Positions 28,349 to 36,941 of a DNA stretch of 64,000 nt are shown one piece after another. The stretch's first letter is position 1; every line of letters begins with the position of its first letter. The notes under the pieces were generated by a model. That model had not been told where the DNA came from and made no database searches. It was given only the letters and a program-made list of their open reading frames with translations. Location: sequence record NC_061421.1; one strand, written 5' to 3'. A program made the translations under genes and the position numbers.

Positions 28349-29208
28349 TTCACGCGTCCATCTTTAGCGGTTAAATAGGATTGGGTTGGTAACCCGTCGT
28401 CGGTGATGTTTTCCCACCACACGTTAGTCGAGAAAATCTGATCGAAGGCAGCGGAAAGCTCGCCTAGTCCTTTCGAGAAAATACCGTGAGTCACGAAGAG
28501 ACTGAGCGATTTCGGGCTCTGAGTACTGAGCTTTTTCGCCAGCTCAGTGAAGGTCCACCCACCATCGCAAATGTCATCAACAACCAACAGATTACGACCT
28601 TCGATATTGTCGTTGTCCAGTAGCGTAATGTCGAGGATATTGCCGGTTTTGGTATCGCGCTTTTTGTTTGCATAAACGATAGGCGCACCACCCAAGAGTT
28701 TCGCCAGCTCTTCAGTTTTCTTCGCAGCGCCACCGTCAGGGGAAACTAACACGACGTTATTCTCCCGAATCCAATTGGCCAGGAGATTAAAGACTATTTT
28801 GGACTGCTCCAGAACGACGAGGTTTTTGATCAGGGCCGGGGTGACGTTAGAGTGCGGATCGTGTATCAACACTCGGTCTGCTTTCAGGCTGTTGAACAGC
28901 TCTGCGAATACGCCGAGGGAGAACGATTCTCCTGCATTACACACGCGGTCTTGGCGTGCGTACGGGAAATACGGTACGGTTAAATGAAGTTCTGTTTTCG
29001 CCGTATATTTACCAATACGACGAATAGCATCGACCAGCAGCAGTAAGCGGACTGCCTCACTGGAAGATTTGATACTTCCTTCTATTTTAACGATACCAAT
29101 ATCGTGCGGAGGAAGACCGTGGCGATTAATTGCAATATGTTCTTCCCCGCCCGGGAACGTTAAGTTTTCATAAAGGACGGGTTGTCCATCGAACGTAACT
29201 TTAAACAT
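28345..29208 (-). CDS. Ribose-phosphate pyrophosphokinase-like enzyme (candidate Adps of NARP1)
   Basis: FPGGEEH, PYFPYARQDR, DPHS, SPDGGA, KKRD, VVDDICDGGWTF, THGIFS; GTGA overlap with NAMPT gene. Confidence 0.95.
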   Translation of the reverse strand: MFKVTFDGQPVLYENLTFPGGEEHIAINRHGLPPHDIGIVKIEGSIKSSSEAVRLLLLVDAIRRIGKYTAKTELHLTVPYFPYARQDRVCNAGESFSLGVFAELFNSLKADRVLIHDPHSNVTPALIKNLVVLEQSKIVFNLLANWIRENNVVLVSPDGGAAKKTEELAKLLGGAPIVYANKKRDTKTGNILDITLLDNDNIEGRNLLVVDDICDGGWTFTELAKKLSTQSPKSLSLFVTHGIFSKGLGELSAAFDQIFSTNVWWENITDDGLPTQSYLTAKDGRVK

Positions 29209-29256
29209 TGTAACCCCTTTAAAAATGGTAAACAATAATCTTCAAAATAAATATTA

Positions 29257-29796
29257 TCAGCGTGTTATCGGATTCTGGACTTTCACGTAGGTGGAAAATC
29301 GACACCGTTCGTGCCAACTAAACTCGTGAGTTTCGAGTACCCAACCCTTATGGACCGTAGTATAAGAGAGTAGTTTACCGAGCTCCTGAATAAGGTCGAT
29401 GTCTAACTTTATATTACCGTTGGAGTGAATGGGGATTTCCGTGACGTAGATCTTCTGTACACGATCGATCAATTGTTTGTAGATACTGACCCCTCCGCAG
29501 ATAACAACCTCGTTGTAGCCTCTTCTAGAGGCATCTACGGCGATATCTTCGAATGAGCTGTAGGCAATGATATCAGGGATAGATTCGAATTGAGAAGGGT
29601 TACTTGTCAGAACGTAGTGGGTACGTCCCGGTAAAGCCCGTCCTATTCCTTTTGCTGTAGTAGAGCCCATGACAATCGCTTTATTTTTGGTTTTCCTGAC
29701 GAACCATTGCATATCTTCTTCAGAACGCCAAGGGAGTTTATCGTCTTGACCAATGACGAAATCAAGATCGTGTGCTACGATGAGAGAGAAAATCAT
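29257..29796 (-). CDS. folA: Dihydrofolate reductase
   Basis: VIG..DKLPWRSEEDMQWF, IVMGSTT, LPGR, ICGGVSIY. Confidence 0.93.
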   Translation of the reverse strand: MIFSLIVAHDLDFVIGQDDKLPWRSEEDMQWFVRKTKNKAIVMGSTTAKGIGRALPGRTHYVLTSNPSQFESIPDIIAYSSFEDIAVDASRRGYNEVVICGGVSIYKQLIDRVQKIYVTEIPIHSNGNIKLDIDLIQELGKLLSYTTVHKGWVLETHEFSWHERCRFSTYVKVQNPITR

Positions 29797-29977
29797 TGTG
29801 AGTTACCTTTCAGTGAGTTCAAAATAAAAAACAGAAACGTGATAATAGAGAGAGACGAATGTCTACCTGCCTAGTTTTAAAACTAATTCCTGAATATATC
29901 GGCGTAGGATAGGTTCTACTATAGTTTGATTCTTGTGACAATAACCTCACTACTAGCCCGGTTGGGCAGGAGATGAA

Positions 29978-31960
29978 ATGAGTACCAACTTTATATTCAT
30001 GCCAAATAATCAGTTCAGGTTGGTCGATAATGGTCGTGTCGCTAACGCTGGGAAGCTTTATATCGGTAAAGCAAACACAGATCCTACAGTCGCTGCTAAT
30101 CAGATAACCGTTACTGGTCTTGCCATTGACGGTACAAACAGTATCTTAAATCAACCAATTAATTTGGACAAGCATGGTTTCCCGTTGGACGAATTGGGAA
30201 ACGTAGTGACATTATCAGTTGACTCGCACTATAGCCTTGCTATCTTTGACGCGTACAGTAAACTACAACAATCAGTCAGTGCAGTGGAAATTAATGAGGT
30301 CGAGAGTTTTTCCTCCCTGCGTACATTACCTGTTCTCCGCGCCGGTCAAAGAGTTAGAGTGAAGGCTCATACAGCCGGAACTTCCTTGGGTGGCGGGGAG
30401 TTTATCGGTGTGTTGGGTACAAAAGCTGATGACGGCGGCGTTGTGGCCTCAGGTAGCGGCTTTTACTGGGTGAGGGTTATCAACGGTGTGGTAAATGTCG
30501 ATAACTTCGGCGCGCGGGGCGACGGGAGTGCAGACGATACTAACGCTATTCTCGCCGCACTTAACTACGCCATTGCTAATGGTATCTCCGTAGAGTTTAC
30601 CGCGAATAAAACTTACAAGATTACCGGCAGTACCGGGCTCAGTTTTGATATTGGTAAAATTTCCGTTGGTTGTTACAATGGTCGGGCTAAGCTGGATTTT
30701 AGCGGCTTCACTGGTACTACCGCTATCAACGTTTATTCTTCGTTAACTTATCCAACCTCCATGTACAGAAATACCACAAACCGTTTAATAGGACTGGAGG
30801 TATTTGGTGGGTTAACTACCGGGGTAAATGGGTTGTTAGTCGGTAATGACACTTACGATTACAACGGTCAAACTATTATTCAAAACTGTTCGTTCTTCCG
30901 GTTTGATAACGTGGTACTTTGCGCGAAGAATACGTGGCGAACCAAGTTTATCGCTTGTACGATTTCTACCGGGATAAGTAATATATTTTACGCGCCATCT
31001 GGTATTCTTAATTCTGGTGAAAGTATTACATTTAGCGATTGTCAGATTAGTGATTCTAATAACGCCCCTTTCACGGTTGCTTGCTCAAACTTCGCGATCG
31101 GCTTTATTGGTTCGTCGGTATTGAACACTCGATTAGTCATCAGCGGTTCGGGTAGCGTTGTCAGTATCGAAGGGATGAGTAATTTTGAAAACCCCAATGC
31201 CAAAAACTACTATCGGTTTGCTGAAGTTACCGGCGCCGGAGCGCGGCTGATTATCAGTTACTCAACGGTGGTCTGTAACACCCCTGCTATCCAAACAAAA
31301 CCACTATTTTACGTAGGGGCAAACGCATTCATCATTTTCAATGGAGTTAAACTCCAAGGTAATAGTTATCCTTTCGAATTGGATGCTACAGGACCAGGTA
31401 ACCGCCGGTGGATAGAAGGACCAGGATTTGTTTTTGCCACGGGCTGTACTTGTGATATTCTTTCTGGTGCAGGTAATATCCCGCTACATGAATCATTATC
31501 GCCGATTCGAAATTGGGATTTTGAAAGTGGTGATTTGAGTGACTGGGCTATTAATAACTCAGGATCTTCTGCTCAAACCGCGGTAGTATCGTCGACTTCC
31601 AGTAAAGTAGGTACGTATGGTTTACGGTTAACGTCAGTTAGCGGATTGAATATCTTCGCTACGTCTACATTTAGCGTGAAACCGGGTAGGTACTTCGCCA
31701 CCAGTTTCTGGGGACGAGTTGTTACGGCTAATGCCGGGGCAACGTCTGCAGGTAACTTAACACTCAGTTTTAAAACGGACGCAGGCGTGCAGATTAATGC
31801 ATTAACTGCTAATCTTCCTTCGAGTGTTACCGACTGGGCAGTTTACGGTGCCTTCATTCAGGGAGTTGTCCCACGTGGTGCTGCGAGAGCGGAGATTTCT
31901 TTACGAGCTTCTCAGGGCGCAGTTGTTGACTTTGATTCGGTTCTTTTCAATATGTTTTAA
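29978..31960 (+). CDS. Tailspike/depolymerase with P22-like head-binding N-terminus and C-terminal carbohydrate-binding module
   Basis: GKLYIGKANTDP...NQI...QPI...YSLAIFDA; FGARGDGSADDT; beta-helix; C-terminal NWDFESG jelly-roll; AGGAG SD. Confidence 0.82.
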   Translation: MSTNFIFMPNNQFRLVDNGRVANAGKLYIGKANTDPTVAANQITVTGLAIDGTNSILNQPINLDKHGFPLDELGNVVTLSVDSHYSLAIFDAYSKLQQSVSAVEINEVESFSSLRTLPVLRAGQRVRVKAHTAGTSLGGGEFIGVLGTKADDGGVVASGSGFYWVRVINGVVNVDNFGARGDGSADDTNAILAALNYAIANGISVEFTANKTYKITGSTGLSFDIGKISVGCYNGRAKLDFSGFTGTTAINVYSSLTYPTSMYRNTTNRLIGLEVFGGLTTGVNGLLVGNDTYDYNGQTIIQNCSFFRFDNVVLCAKNTWRTKFIACTISTGISNIFYAPSGILNSGESITFSDCQISDSNNAPFTVACSNFAIGFIGSSVLNTRLVISGSGSVVSIEGMSNFENPNAKNYYRFAEVTGAGARLIISYSTVVCNTPAIQTKPLFYVGANAFIIFNGVKLQGNSYPFELDATGPGNRRWIEGPGFVFATGCTCDILSGAGNIPLHESLSPIRNWDFESGDLSDWAINNSGSSAQTAVVSSTSSKVGTYGLRLTSVSGLNIFATSTFSVKPGRYFATSFWGRVVTANAGATSAGNLTLSFKTDAGVQINALTANLPSSVTDWAVYGAFIQGVVPRGAARAEISLRASQGAVVDFDSVLFNMF

Positions 31961-31983
31961 ATAAAAAAAATAAGTAGTCATAG

Positions 31984-32014
31984 CCCTAGGGGATCCGTAA
32001 TGGATCCCCTAGGG
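31984..32014. terminator. Hairpin between convergent genes
   Basis: 13-bp perfect stem CCCTAGGGGATCC / GGATCCCCTAGGG. Confidence 0.75.
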
Positions 32015-32037
32015 TACGTTCGCGCCGGAAAGCGGAA

Positions 32038-32760
32038 TTATTTAAACGCCGGGTGAAGTTTGATCACTTTCACTTCCGCAGCGAGAGCTTTGTCAGCTTT
32101 GGCTTCGGCGAGGTCGATGGCTTGCTGGAGGTTAACCCAGAATTCGACAGTGGTTTTGGTGGCTTTTGCCAGGCGGTAGGCGGTGCGGATGGTCAGTTTG
32201 GATTTACCGTCGAGCAGACGCGACAGCGTTGACGTTGCCAGGCCGATGTGTTTGGCGAAATCAGTCGGGGCGATACCAGCGGGTTCCAGGTACTCTTTCA
32301 GGAGAATTTCACCTGGAGTGGAGGGTTTGCGTGCTTTTGCCATTTTTTGGTATTCCTTTGGTTTATAAGGAGAAGTTAGTGGTGCGTTGTTACACAATAC
32401 TACTTCTTGACGTGAAAGATTACCCGGAAAGAGAATCGATCCGACGACGAAAATCTCTTGTTTTAAACCGTCCGGGGTATTACGGAACAGCGTAATCTGA
32501 TTTTTGTTTTTCGCCAGAAGATCGGTGAGTAGTTTCACGTAATAATCTGACGGGTTATCGAGATCGCGTAGCAGGAGAACCTCGGCTTCCGCGAAACTGA
32601 TCCTCTTCTCCTGCACTATCGACATTTGCAGCGGGAACTTCAGTTTATGGACCAGGATATCGTACGGTAACGAAATCACCTCTTTCGGATTATTCTCTTT
32701 ATCAAGAATATACCGATTGAGTTCTTCGTCTTTGATGTCTTTGTTCACGTAGTGAATCAT
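32038..32760 (-). CDS. Unknown N-terminal domain fused to HigA-family antitoxin HTH; probable internal start at 32343
   Basis: PSTPGEILLKEYLEP.GI...FAKHIG...LSRLLDGK..LT...AYRLAK..KTT.EFWVNLQ; AAGGA SD before Met140. Confidence 0.85.
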   Translation of the reverse strand: MIHYVNKDIKDEELNRYILDKENNPKEVISLPYDILVHKLKFPLQMSIVQEKRISFAEAEVLLLRDLDNPSDYYVKLLTDLLAKNKNQITLFRNTPDGLKQEIFVVGSILFPGNLSRQEVVLCNNAPLTSPYKPKEYQKMAKARKPSTPGEILLKEYLEPAGIAPTDFAKHIGLATSTLSRLLDGKSKLTIRTAYRLAKATKTTVEFWVNLQQAIDLAEAKADKALAAEVKVIKLHPAFK

Positions 32761-32815
32761 TTTGTTCTCCTTTATTTAAAGATTGGTGACCGTTTGTTGC
32801 CACCAACCGCCAAAA

Positions 32816-33250
32816 TTATTTGGTATAAACGAACCCGCTTAATGTCATACCTACCAAAGGATACGGTTTGACATTCTCTTCGTTGTCTAACATAATGGCA
32901 ACAACGGAGAGCGTAGGATATTCAGGGTCGGTTATGCGGTATTCCCCGCCCAGAAGAACTTTCCTTTTCTGTCTTTCAACTACTCCGATATGCGGTACTA
33001 AAACAGAGAAGTTCCCTTCCCGCGTCATGACGAAAGGGACACTAACTGAGAAACCGATATACTCTTTCTCCCCAGGGGGCGCAAACATAAGAGTATCGAC
33101 GATTATAGCAGAGTGCCCCTTAAGTTCATGCCCAGAAAAATCAGCGCGAGCTTTGAGGAAATCAAGCAATGGTAAGGGACCAGGTCTAGTTATCGGTACC
33201 CAGAGGTTACTAAATTTTTTTGCTTCCACGTTATGAATTCCTTCAAACAA
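32816..33250 (-). CDS. Hypothetical protein
   Basis: 144-aa ORF. Confidence 0.6.
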   Translation of the reverse strand: MFEGIHNVEAKKFSNLWVPITRPGPLPLLDFLKARADFSGHELKGHSAIIVDTLMFAPPGEKEYIGFSVSVPFVMTREGNFSVLVPHIGVVERQKRKVLLGGEYRITDPEYPTLSVVAIMLDNEENVKPYPLVGMTLSGFVYTK

Positions 33251-33270
33251 TTAGTTAGTTACAAAGTACG

Positions 33271-33666
33271 TTATCCGATAGTGATAATACGTTCTTCAAA
33301 TCTGAGCGGGTTAGGAATGTTTACGTCATCCATTTCTGAAAGGTAATACGCGGCAAGTTCCCGCGTAAAGAGAGAAACACTCGTCTCAGATAATGCGAGA
33401 GCGTCTGCAACTTTGATGACAATATTGTTCCAGAAGTCGCTTTTTACTTTCACTTTTAGCGTAGGGAACTTCCCGTCGGCAATAAAATCTAGACCGTATT
33501 CAAACGTCAGATGGTCAGAACAACCATAATCCGTTTCGACGTGCAAATCCGATAACCTCCCTCTTAGTTTCTCCTCAGTCATCGTAGGCATGACTATACA
33601 TAGGTCGATATCATTTTCGTTCTTCTCTGCATTGCAAAGAATGAAGACCATTCGCTGACTGCTCAT
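33271..33666 (-). CDS. Hypothetical protein
   Basis: 131-aa ORF with SD. Confidence 0.65.
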   Translation of the reverse strand: MSSQRMVFILCNAEKNENDIDLCIVMPTMTEEKLRGRLSDLHVETDYGCSDHLTFEYGLDFIADGKFPTLKVKVKSDFWNNIVIKVADALALSETSVSLFTRELAAYYLSEMDDVNIPNPLRFEERIITIG

Positions 33667-33667
33667 T

Positions 33668-34078
33668 TTATTCTCCTTTTAAGTCCCTTAAATCAATAAG
33701 ACCATCGCAGTAACAGATTTTGAGATAATGTTCCTCGCCCTGAATAAATTTTACAATAGCCTCATTTACCCCTGTATCAATTATTTCGATACAACACAAA
33801 GAGACGGATAGTTCAGGATGGGATTTTTTTATTAAGTACGATAACTTCCTTGTGTTTTCCCGAATACCTTCTAAAGGAGATAAGTACTCGACCAAGACCA
33901 CTTTGTCATCTATTCTGCCTATGATAAAGGAAGCCCCAGTCGATAAATGACTGATCGGGTCTGGTATATTGTAGGGCTTAATGGTAAATTTACGGTCGCT
34001 ACCTATCAGCGTAAAGTCATACGTCCCCTCTTGTAGACCCGGTACAACATTTAAACCAAAGATACTCTCGATATCCAT
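33668..34078 (-). CDS. Hypothetical protein
   Basis: 136-aa ORF with SD. Confidence 0.65.
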   Translation of the reverse strand: MDIESIFGLNVVPGLQEGTYDFTLIGSDRKFTIKPYNIPDPISHLSTGASFIIGRIDDKVVLVEYLSPLEGIRENTRKLSYLIKKSHPELSVSLCCIEIIDTGVNEAIVKFIQGEEHYLKICYCDGLIDLRDLKGE

Positions 34079-34090
34079 TTTCCCTCTCTC

Positions 34091-34456
34091 TTAAGGCATG
34101 ACAACCCAATAAGGATCGTCGAGATTGTCGGCGCACCACCGCGCAACCTTTAAGAATTCTTCAAAGTCAGAAAACCCAATATTGTTGCGTTGTTCTTTCG
34201 TCATAGGCCAGCGCGTCAGTAACTGAAGTTTCTCCAGGAAGAAGTCATCTATTTTACCGTAACAAATCCCATCTTTTTCTCGTCCACTGAAAACAATATT
34301 GAGATAGTTGTTAGTGAAGTTGGCCACCGAATAATAAGTGGAATGGTTAATGAACAATGAATTATCCATTGGGCAGGTACTGGGGACTTGCGCAAAAAGT
34401 TTATTGCCGTCCTCGGTGTCTTCTTTGAGCTCACCAAATTGAAATAAGATTGCCAT
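34091..34456 (-). CDS. Hypothetical protein
   Basis: 121-aa ORF with SD. Confidence 0.65.
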   Translation of the reverse strand: MAILFQFGELKEDTEDGNKLFAQVPSTCPMDNSLFINHSTYYSVANFTNNYLNIVFSGREKDGICYGKIDDFFLEKLQLLTRWPMTKEQRNNIGFSDFEEFLKVARWCADNLDDPYWVVMP

Positions 34457-34480
34457 TCATTTTATCCTTTATAGCACGAA

Positions 34481-34505
34481 TCCTAGGAGAGGTTATCTCC
34501 TAGGA
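34481..34505. terminator. Hairpin, probable terminator
   Basis: TCCTAGGAGA / TCTCCTAGGA. Confidence 0.55.
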
Positions 34506-34587
34506 CGATGGAGTTATTTAATGTTTTTAATTTTCTCTTAGTTGAATAAAACGCGGGTTTGACCGCCCGCTTCGGCTTATAACAGGA

Positions 34588-35394
34588 TTACATTCCTGTA
34601 ACGATTGCTTTCAACCAAGCCTCGACAATGGCCTGATTTTTAGGGTAAAGCGCCACGTTACTAAAACCTTCTTCCGTAATCGTAATCGCGTAACGTTCAT
34701 CGTACTGTGGCAAACTTAATGCGGGAGTCACGGTGAAATACCGCGCCGGTTTAAACGACCCGTTAGAATTTAACCATTTAGTCTGGTCAAAAACGTAATC
34801 AATCTCTGCCCGCATTGAAACCCTGGCTTTGATCCCGCCGAACAGCGCATGGTATTGTTCGGTTATTTTTGGTTTCAGTTGCTGCCCCGGTGAGAGATTC
34901 TCGGTATTAAATACGGGTACGATAATCCCTCTTTCCGTTACGTACTCTTCAATGACTTCGAAGAACGGCGAGAGGGTCTTCAGATTCAAGGGGTAGCGAT
35001 CATCGCACTGAAACAAACCGTACGGGCGAATATCGATGTTGGGAGTGCGCAGTAAATACTCGTAGATGAATTCCCCAAACCAACGCATGATTCGCCCTTC
35101 CGGCGAACAATCGAACCACGCGCCCTTACCAGGTGTGGAACAGGTAAAACGGACTACAACTTTTCCCTCCACCGGCCTTTCAACAATTGATAACCAATGA
35201 TAATCGTTATTTTTGGTATAAGTAAACATCGGGTAAAGTTTAGCGGCGGGATGATCGAAAAGTGACTTTTTAGGAATGACGTTAACAGTCGTACCTTCGC
35301 CATCCTTTTCCGCTAAATCAACGATCATCTCTGGAACAAGGGGGTGAACAGCGTTTTGAGTAACCACTGATTTTTCGTTTGGTAAAATAATCAT
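34588..35394 (-). CDS. Hypothetical protein
   Basis: 268-aa ORF, first after a promoter motif. Confidence 0.7.
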   Translation of the reverse strand: MIILPNEKSVVTQNAVHPLVPEMIVDLAEKDGEGTTVNVIPKKSLFDHPAAKLYPMFTYTKNNDYHWLSIVERPVEGKVVVRFTCSTPGKGAWFDCSPEGRIMRWFGEFIYEYLLRTPNIDIRPYGLFQCDDRYPLNLKTLSPFFEVIEEYVTERGIIVPVFNTENLSPGQQLKPKITEQYHALFGGIKARVSMRAEIDYVFDQTKWLNSNGSFKPARYFTVTPALSLPQYDERYAITITEEGFSNVALYPKNQAIVEAWLKAIVTGM

Positions 35395-35497
35395 CGTGCA
35401 GTTTCCTTCTTCGTGACCAGTTAGTGGCCCGTTACGTTAGATAAGAGAATTTTAGATTCTCAGGTATAGAGTGTAGAGACTAGGTCTCTACACTTAA

Positions 35498-35505
35498 GTG
35501 ATATA
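35498..35505 (-). promoter_or_regulatory. Putative early promoter motif TATATCAC
   Basis: Lies in 15-mer ACGCCTATATCACTT, identical to the site at 55652-55666. Confidence 0.7.
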
Positions 35506-35509
35506 GGCG

Positions 35510-36040
35510 TTAATTAACTTGGGTCTCGGTATTCTTCACGTAAATTCCCGTTTCAACAAATAACGAAAACCCTACGGCTGAAATCTCAACCTTCTCATTA
35601 CTTTCAGCAGTAACTTTTGCGCACATGTTGGTGTTTTCAGTATTGATCTCGCCAGTTACGCGAATAGTGGCTTTTTCAACGATCCCAGGTATAGCGACTT
35701 CCGCTTCGCTTTTCAAATCCAGAATCCGGAAATTGTAGTTCTCGACTTGGATAGGTGTGAATGTAGGGTAAGGGACAATTACATACCCTGCTGCCACTAG
35801 CTCATCTGCGTCATTGTATCGATTATAATGGACAAGTACCTTGTCTACATGGATCGCGGTAATCTCCCGGCGACACATTTCCTCCATTTCCATTCTTGGG
35901 AAAGATAAGAAAAAGATATTAAACCCTTCCTTAGAATCTGCTTTAAAGAAGATATCTTTCCCTGTTTCAAGAATCCCGACGAAATGATGGTGGTTTTCTC
36001 TGATGATTTTGAACTGCATTTTCTTAATGTCAGTAAACAT
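35510..36040 (-). CDS. Hypothetical protein
   Basis: 176-aa ORF. Confidence 0.65.
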   Translation of the reverse strand: MFTDIKKMQFKIIRENHHHFVGILETGKDIFFKADSKEGFNIFFLSFPRMEMEEMCRREITAIHVDKVLVHYNRYNDADELVAAGYVIVPYPTFTPIQVENYNFRILDLKSEAEVAIPGIVEKATIRVTGEINTENTNMCAKVTAESNEKVEISAVGFSLFVETGIYVKNTETQVN

Positions 36041-36058
36041 ACTTTATTTTCCTATTAT

Positions 36059-36499
36059 TTAGGGATAAATTCCGTAAGATTCCCACTCTACCAAACCCAC
36101 GGGCGTCAATAAACCCCGTCCAATTTCCTGCTCCCGATCTTTCTGTTTATCCTTTTCAGAAAAGTCGTCAATGCGCATTAACCTATTTGATGCCAAAAGG
36201 TGATTCCCTTTATTCCCGCACAGGCTTTCGTAGTGGATAACTTTAGGGGAGATTGTACGCACCCCTTCGTCAGTGTTAAAACTTAGTATAGCTGTAGTAC
36301 TAAGTTCCCCCTCCAATAACCATAGCGTTTCCGTTGTGTCCCCTGTTCCGCGAATTTTCTGATCGTGGTTTAAAAAGAAAATATGAATTTTTTCGTTTTT
36401 AGGTATTAATTCCACAACCCTGACTACTTTCCCGACGTTATCAAGGTGTTCGGGGTCGCTGATCACGAGCGCTAAACAACCCGCCTCGATTGGTTTCAT
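36059..36499 (-). CDS. Conserved phage protein (GCLALV...NVGKVVRV, KOW/SH3-like)
   Basis: N-terminal motif common in enterobacterial phages. Confidence 0.6.
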   Translation of the reverse strand: MKPIEAGCLALVISDPEHLDNVGKVVRVVELIPKNEKIHIFFLNHDQKIRGTGDTTETLWLLEGELSTTAILSFNTDEGVRTISPKVIHYESLCGNKGNHLLASNRLMRIDDFSEKDKQKDREQEIGRGLLTPVGLVEWESYGIYP

Positions 36500-36876
36500 G
36501 CGCGTTTCTCCTGTGTAAGGAAATACTCGCGTATTCCTTCGGCTAACGGACCGAAATCGGATACCAACTGTAACAGAGCTAGTTGGTCATCGGTCTGCCG
36601 TAGTCGTTCTAACCCGATACGCGGTGGTGTTAGTCCTACCTCAGTCAGTTCCAATTTACCGAGATAGATCTTTGTCTGCCCGCGATCGAGAAAGGCGTGA
36701 AAGGACAATTCCGGCCCAGTAGCAAGAATCAGCCCATCAAAGGGATTCTTCCCGCTATACACGCTTTCCCTCTGAAAATGGAAAGACGCCGCCACTTTCT
36801 CGCCTTCCCCTAATTCCTTTTGACAATGTTTTAACCAACGTTCAGTCAATTCCGCTTCTTTGAATTTAAATTCCAT
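36496..36876 (-). CDS. Hypothetical protein
   Basis: 126-aa ORF with ATGA overlap. Confidence 0.65.
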   Translation of the reverse strand: MEFKFKEAELTERWLKHCQKELGEGEKVAASFHFQRESVYSGKNPFDGLILATGPELSFHAFLDRGQTKIYLGKLELTEVGLTPPRIGLERLRQTDDQLALLQLVSDFGPLAEGIREYFLTQEKRA

Positions 36877-36901
36877 ACCGACTCCTTATTAAACAAAATA
36901 A

Positions 36902-36929
36902 AAATATAGGGACAAACGTCCCTATATTT
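36902..36929. terminator. Terminator hairpin
   Basis: AAATATAGGGAC-aaac-GTCCCTATATTT. Confidence 0.75.
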
Positions 36930-36941
36930 CAGTACGTACTT

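Noticed and set aside
32166-32495. Plus-strand ORF antisense to higA as a possible HigB toxin
   Set aside because: No RelE/HigB features, no SD, and it mirrors the biased codons of the minus-strand gene
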